Program-made: the position numbers and the translations under genes
NCBI GenBank assembly: GCA_001643675.2
Contig: LSRY02000006.1
Location: forward strand, 1,364,001 to 1,428,000
Direction: 5' to 3'
From: Monocercomonoides exilis PA203
Lineage: Eukaryota > Protista > Preaxostyla
Length of the DNA: 64,000 nt
Shown here: in pieces, positions 59,004 to 64,000 of the stretch
How the letters are laid out: each line of letters begins with the position of its first letter
How positions within the stretch are numbered: position 1 is the first letter of the stretch
The notes under the pieces: generated by a model
What the model was told of the DNA's origin: nothing
Databases searched by the model: none
Seen by the model: only the letters and a program-made list of their open reading frames with translations

Positions 59004-60839
59004 TTTGATGTCTTTGCAAAAATACTCTTTTTAAAATTCAGAAAAGTCTTATTTCGAGAGAATTTTTCATTTGAAATTTTCAGATCAAAGTGATCATAGG
59101 ATCAATATTTTTTGTTATTAAAATTTTCTTACTCAATTTTAAGTTTTTTGAAAATTTTGCATGCTTTCATAACAAAGTGATTGCAATTAACTTTAACAAC
59201 TTCAATTTTTTCTTGGAATGATAAAACTGTGAAAAATAACTGATGTGCTTTTAGTTGCAGTGTGCCCACTCATCAATAATCAAAACGAAATAATCAAATC
59301 TAATTTTTTGTTTATAAAAATTTGATTTGGGTGATTATTTTTGAAATCATATCTTTTTTCGGGGTGTTAATTTTCAAAGATTGTTTGTTTTTTGAAAGAA
59401 GTATTTTATCCAAAAGAGAAGAAGCATGATAATTGTTTTGAAAAACAAATGTTTTCACCTAATGAAAGATAAGAATGTCTTCAATAAGCCTTTTCACTTT
59501 TCAACGTTTATATGAAAATATTCAAGATAAGTTTTTGAACCGAAAATTATGCATGAAAAAATTTGATTTAAAAAATAATCACTCATATGAAAAAACTATT
59601 TATTTGGTAGAAAATTTAAAAATCAAATATAACATAAAAAAAAGAATACAAAAAGGATAAATTATGTTTTTCATCAGCTTCATATGACTTTTAATTGATC
59701 TCAAAAAATTTTTATTCTGAAAAACAGATCACATGTTTTTAAATGCAATAACAATTAAAACAAAACGGAAATTGCACAATTTACGACAGTTAATAAAAAT
59801 TTGTGAGGATGATTATAACGTTATTGTTAACTGTTTTGTTAAGTTATTATGTCTTTCTTTTGTGCGGAAACTTTTATTTTTGAATGAATCAAATTATTAT
59901 TTCACACAAAAAATTGTATTGAACAAAATTTTAAACATCAATTATATTCAATAATTATCACAAAAAACATATTAATATTTTAAATTCGACGAGAAGGCTC
60001 TCAAACGTGCTTTGAACAATTCAATTCGACTTGATGCCTATTTGAATGGAAATATTTTGATCAGTGTTAAATATTTTTTTTATTTGAAAAACTGAGTATT
60101 TTTTACAACAGAATTCAACCCTAACTGATTTTTTTGTGATTAAACGCTATCATTAAAACTGCGATAAAAAAAGCGAACAAATTAATACCCAAAAAAACTT
60201 ATTAATTTCTAAAAGAAATTGAACAAAATTTTGAATTTTCTTTAAATATGATATAAAAAATTTTCACAGTTTCCGCACACAATCATCAGAAAAAATCTTA
60301 TGTGTACAATATGTTGTTATCGTAGCTGTGGCATATGACAATTTTGTGACCTGTCGTATTTTGTGCATTAACCCGAAGCGTTTCAGCTTCGAAGAACTTT
60401 TGCTTTTTTGAGGAAAATAAAGAACTTGTTCAGAATTTCCTTCTTGAAAAGAGAAATTGTTGATGGAATCAACAACAAAGATTATCAGTCATATATTAAT
60501 AAATTCCTTAATTAACAAGTTGATCAAAATCAAAAGGATAGAAGCGGTAGATTTTTGATTTGTAGATAACGGAGCGGTTACAGAAATGTTGAAGCAATTG
60601 AAAAAGATGAAGCAGCAAGTTGACAATTAATAAACTCTATTTCTTGCATCTACGATACCCAAAAAATAAACTCAAAAGTTAAATAAAGTTGATTTTTTGA
60701 AAAAGAAAAGTTTTTTCTCGAATACATGAAAAAATGAACAAATGTTCAACATAAAATCAAATGAAAAATAAACATTAGATTTAAAAAGAAATGAAAAAAG
60801 AAATGAAAGAAAAATGAAGTGAAAGAAAAATGAAGTGAA

Positions 60840-62157
60840 TCAGTAACAAATAAAATAATCATCCAAACGTTGATAAAAATCCCAGCTATAATATGCTTTT
60901 TTAATGCAACCAAAGAATCCAATGATACAATCTTCATATCCCTCTTCCTCCATTTTTTCAAATAATTTTCTTTTCATCTCTTTTTGTTTTGGTTCCTCTT
61001 TTTTATTATCCATCTTCTTCTTTAATCTATCGCAAATTTCTTTGAAAAAGTACACACTACAATATTTTTGAACTTTTATCACGTTTAATTCAACGGCTTC
61101 TTGCAAAATAGCATCGATTGCCCCACCTTTCACAAAGAATTCAATATCCATAGAATTGTTTTCCGTAGAAGTTCTAAAAATACTTATACAATCATTGACT
61201 ATTTTTTCGCTAAAATCCTTTGCTGCTCGAAGTACTTGAGTAATTCTGTTGATAATCACAATGTTTTTGTCATTCCACAATTTGCATAAATGAAAATAAG
61301 TTTCCAATATTCGGAGCCATCTCAGTAAATCAAGCTCTTCTTCCTCTTCTTTTTCTCCTTTTTCCTCTTTTTTTCTCTTCCAATCCACCAATTTTACTAG
61401 CTCTTCCAATTCTCTTCCTGTCTCTCTTGCAAAATGCAGCTCGTTCACAATCATACCTTCCAAGTTTTTGCCAGGCTCTATTCTGCAAATTAAAAATTTC
61501 CAAGCAGATTGATAGGCAAGACGTGTCAGATTGAGATTTTCCTGATGATATTGGATGATTTCTTTGATCTCATTCAGATACAATTCTTTTGGCGTGTCCT
61601 GAACAAAAACAGAAGATATTGTTGTAAAAACATATTTTTTATAAAAAAAAGAAGCCAAACATAATATTCATCAATGTGACTCAGCGCCAATAGAGCCATT
61701 TCCACTTCTTTCAATGTTTCTTCGTTTTTATCCTTCGTCAATGCAACTTTCAGAAGATAAGGCACACAAATCGACACAAGATCTTCGCCAATGTTGTTAT
61801 CAAGTTGCAAAAGATAACATTCACAGAGATCAACAATAAGTTTTTCATTCTTTCCTTCTTTTTTATGCTTTTCTTCAATTATCGTCTTCTCAAATCTTTC
61901 ACACAATAAAGAATTCTCAAAGCCTTCAATCCATGCACCTTTTAGCTCTTTGCAAGAACCAACATGCTTCAACAACAAAATCAAAATTTTCATTGTCATT
62001 TTCTTTTCTTCAATCATTTTGTCTATTTTGTCGAATAGTTCTTCTGTAAAAATTGATTGAAATCCTTCTTTGTCCATTTCGTCCAAAAAGTAGTTTATTT
62101 CTTCAACTTTCTGTTTCTGCTCGTACTCATCGCAATCCTCAAGCTCAGATAACAATT
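60840..62157 (-). CDS. Member of a lineage-expanded helical (ARM-like) E/K-rich hypothetical family; 5' exon not resolved
   Basis: LLKHVG.CK.LK; CVPYLLKVAL; EVEMALLALS; KELYLNEIKEIIQYHQE..NLTRLAYQSAW; IVNELHF; FEKMEEEGYED. The two ORFs join in frame through a GT-AG intron at 61599-61660. Confidence 0.7.
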
Positions 62158-62819
62158 CTTCAAAAAAGAAGAAATGTGAAAGTCAACAATTCAAATTCAC
62201 AATATCCGCAAACGTTTGAATATTTTTGTGTTTTCTTTCTCCTACATTTTTGAAAACACAATGCATTCAGAAAGCAGAGTGATTTTTATCATTTACATTG
62301 AATTTGCGCATATTTCATATGAAGAAATAGATGAAAAATTAAAATGAAAAATAGAAATAAAAATATGTGCATTCCCACCATCCTTTTGATGCGAGTAATT
62401 TTGACAAGTAATTTTGAAGAAAAAGATAGCTTTATCTAATTTCGTTTGTTGTTATGGAGGCAGTGATCGTATTTTTTTTTTTTTTTTTTTGAATGAAAAT
62501 ATCCATCAACGGAATGCGAGATCGTCAATTCGATATTCACTGTTGAATTAGAGGTATTCTATTCTGTGGTGGCACGAGGCAATAACAGTGAATCATTTGT
62601 TTGTAATTCTGTGAGAAAATTTTGATATTTGTACGAACACGGAATTCCAACAGTTTTCGTTGTGAATGGGAATGAGGAGGTGTTTGTATTTTTTATTGTT
62701 CTATCTGTCTGTTAAATATTTCGGTTATTGTCTTCCCAAGGTCCAAGAATCAGACAAATTACATATATATTGAAAATCTTTTGCCTTGAAGAACAGAAAA
62801 ACAGAGAAGCAGGGATGAT

Positions 62820-63286
62820 TATTAAGTTTCCTTACAATGATAGAAGAAAGCAGGGTCATTTATGATTTTTATGAGATTTCTTGGAACAAGAGAAGAAAAA
62901 AAAATTCTGAAATAAATTAATACATAGAGTGAAGCGGAAAAAATGAAATGTTCACCAAGAGGAATATCGTTCCATATGGAGTGGCATGTTTGGAAAAAAG
63001 GAGGTGGAACAGTTTGTGATGTTTTTGGGCAAAAGAAAAAGAGGTTGTCTTTGAGGAAAGCTGGGTTTCTTGTTGTCAAAACTGTTGCTTGTTTCTTGCC
63101 ATTCATCTGCAAGTCCGGGAAATCATCATCATTTTTCTTCTTCAAATTCAAGAGATGCATCCAATTTCAAATTCCTTCAAAATGTGAGTCTGCATACGTG
63201 AAAGGCGCTATGTCCGATTTTTCTTCGCTCTTCTCCTTCTCCTTCTCCTTCGTTCTCAGCACCGTTTTCATCGTTGCAAAAGAAAT

Positions 63287-63330
<44 letters not shown>

Positions 63331-63800
63331 AATAAGAATTTCTTCTTCTTCTGAATTTTGATGGAGCATTCGCATGCTTTTGAAACGTTTCAAATGGGAG
63401 TATTGAAGTACTATGGAAAATTGAAAAGGAAGATTATTCCATTTGCTATTTATACCAGTTCCATCAATACAATGGATTTATTTCCTTCTAAATTTCGTTC
63501 GTACTCATCAATCAAAAAAAAAGTTTTGGTGTGGCTGAATGTTTTGCCTTTCTATTGGACTTTGAAGAAAAAAGTTGTTTTGGAAGAATGAATTTTGAAG
63601 GAAGGAATTGCTTGCCACGTAAAATGAAGCACAAGCAATGAATACTGGAGAAAAAAAGAGGAGATGGAAGGAAATTGGTATCTTGTACGTGTGCAAAAAG
63701 AGAAGGATGAGCAGATCAACGACGAACAGTTCCTTGATGAATGAATCAACTTGAATTCGCGTTGAAGCCAAACAAAGCGGGAAAAGACATATCGATAAAG
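62820..63800. pseudogene. Stop-interrupted coding relics flanking a ~41-nt poly(A) run (~63288-63328)
   Basis: Minus-strand frame MKTVLRTKEKEKE...EGI*NWMHLL..., and a plus-strand fragment EMEGNWYLVRVQKEKDEQ...* with several TGA. Confidence 0.3.
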
Positions 63801-64000
63801 AAATGAACAGAAGGAATATGAAGAAGAAAGAAAAGAAGAAAAAAAGAAAAGGAACACTTCAAATCATTTCAAAAAAAAGATAGAAGCAAATATTGTTGGA
63901 GAAAATATTTTTGCGTTTAATATATCTGCTCTGCCTTTGATAACGTTTGAAAGAATGAAAATAACTTGTTCCTCGTTTTCGTTTTCTTCTTTATCTTCTT

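Larger units (their letters stand above)
51450..59350. mobile_element. Putative long-TIR non-autonomous DNA element (Pack-type) carrying decayed gene fragments
   Basis: Colinear inverted matches: 51464-51478/59325-59339 (15 bp exact), TTGATTATTTCG ~51517/~59286, 29-bp core, CATTCCGTT.CCAT ~51978/~58921. The interior is a mosaic of broken coding fragments with no recognisable transposase. Confidence 0.45.

Noticed and set aside
63288-63328. Poly(A) run as a retrotransposon or retrogene tail
   Set aside because: No TSD or RT remnant was seen, and similar homopolymer runs are common in introns and intergenic DNA here.

Overview
AT-rich, intron-containing eukaryotic DNA read in the standard genetic code (TAA, TAG and TGA all end real genes). 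The expanded Cys-rich beta-helix receptor/pseudokinase family, the lineage-specific 'EMALLALS...AYQSAW' family and the short AT-rich GT-AG introns resemble an oxymonad such as Monocercomonoides; this is inference. Bases 0.4-50.4 kb are gene-dense. They hold a 2723-aa single-pass receptor with a dead TK-like kinase remnant, Clp1, a coiled-coil protein, Sof1/DCAF13, an AT-hook protein, USP7, an EH-domain endocytic scaffold, a Pho80/CycU-type cyclin, a kinase-less paralogue of the receptor, a UBL-UBA protein, a thiolase, TFIIIC subunit 5 and Rrp9. Bases 50.6-64 kb are repeat-rich and decayed. They contain an ~820-bp foldback/MITE-like element and a ~6-kb mosaic of broken gene fragments (including a piece of the receptor family) enclosed by long colinear inverted repeats with a perfect 29-bp core, which looks like a Pack-type DNA transposon. 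They also contain one member of a lineage-expanded family and further relics. Exon boundaries were inferred by eye, and CDS coordinates are whole-gene spans including introns.
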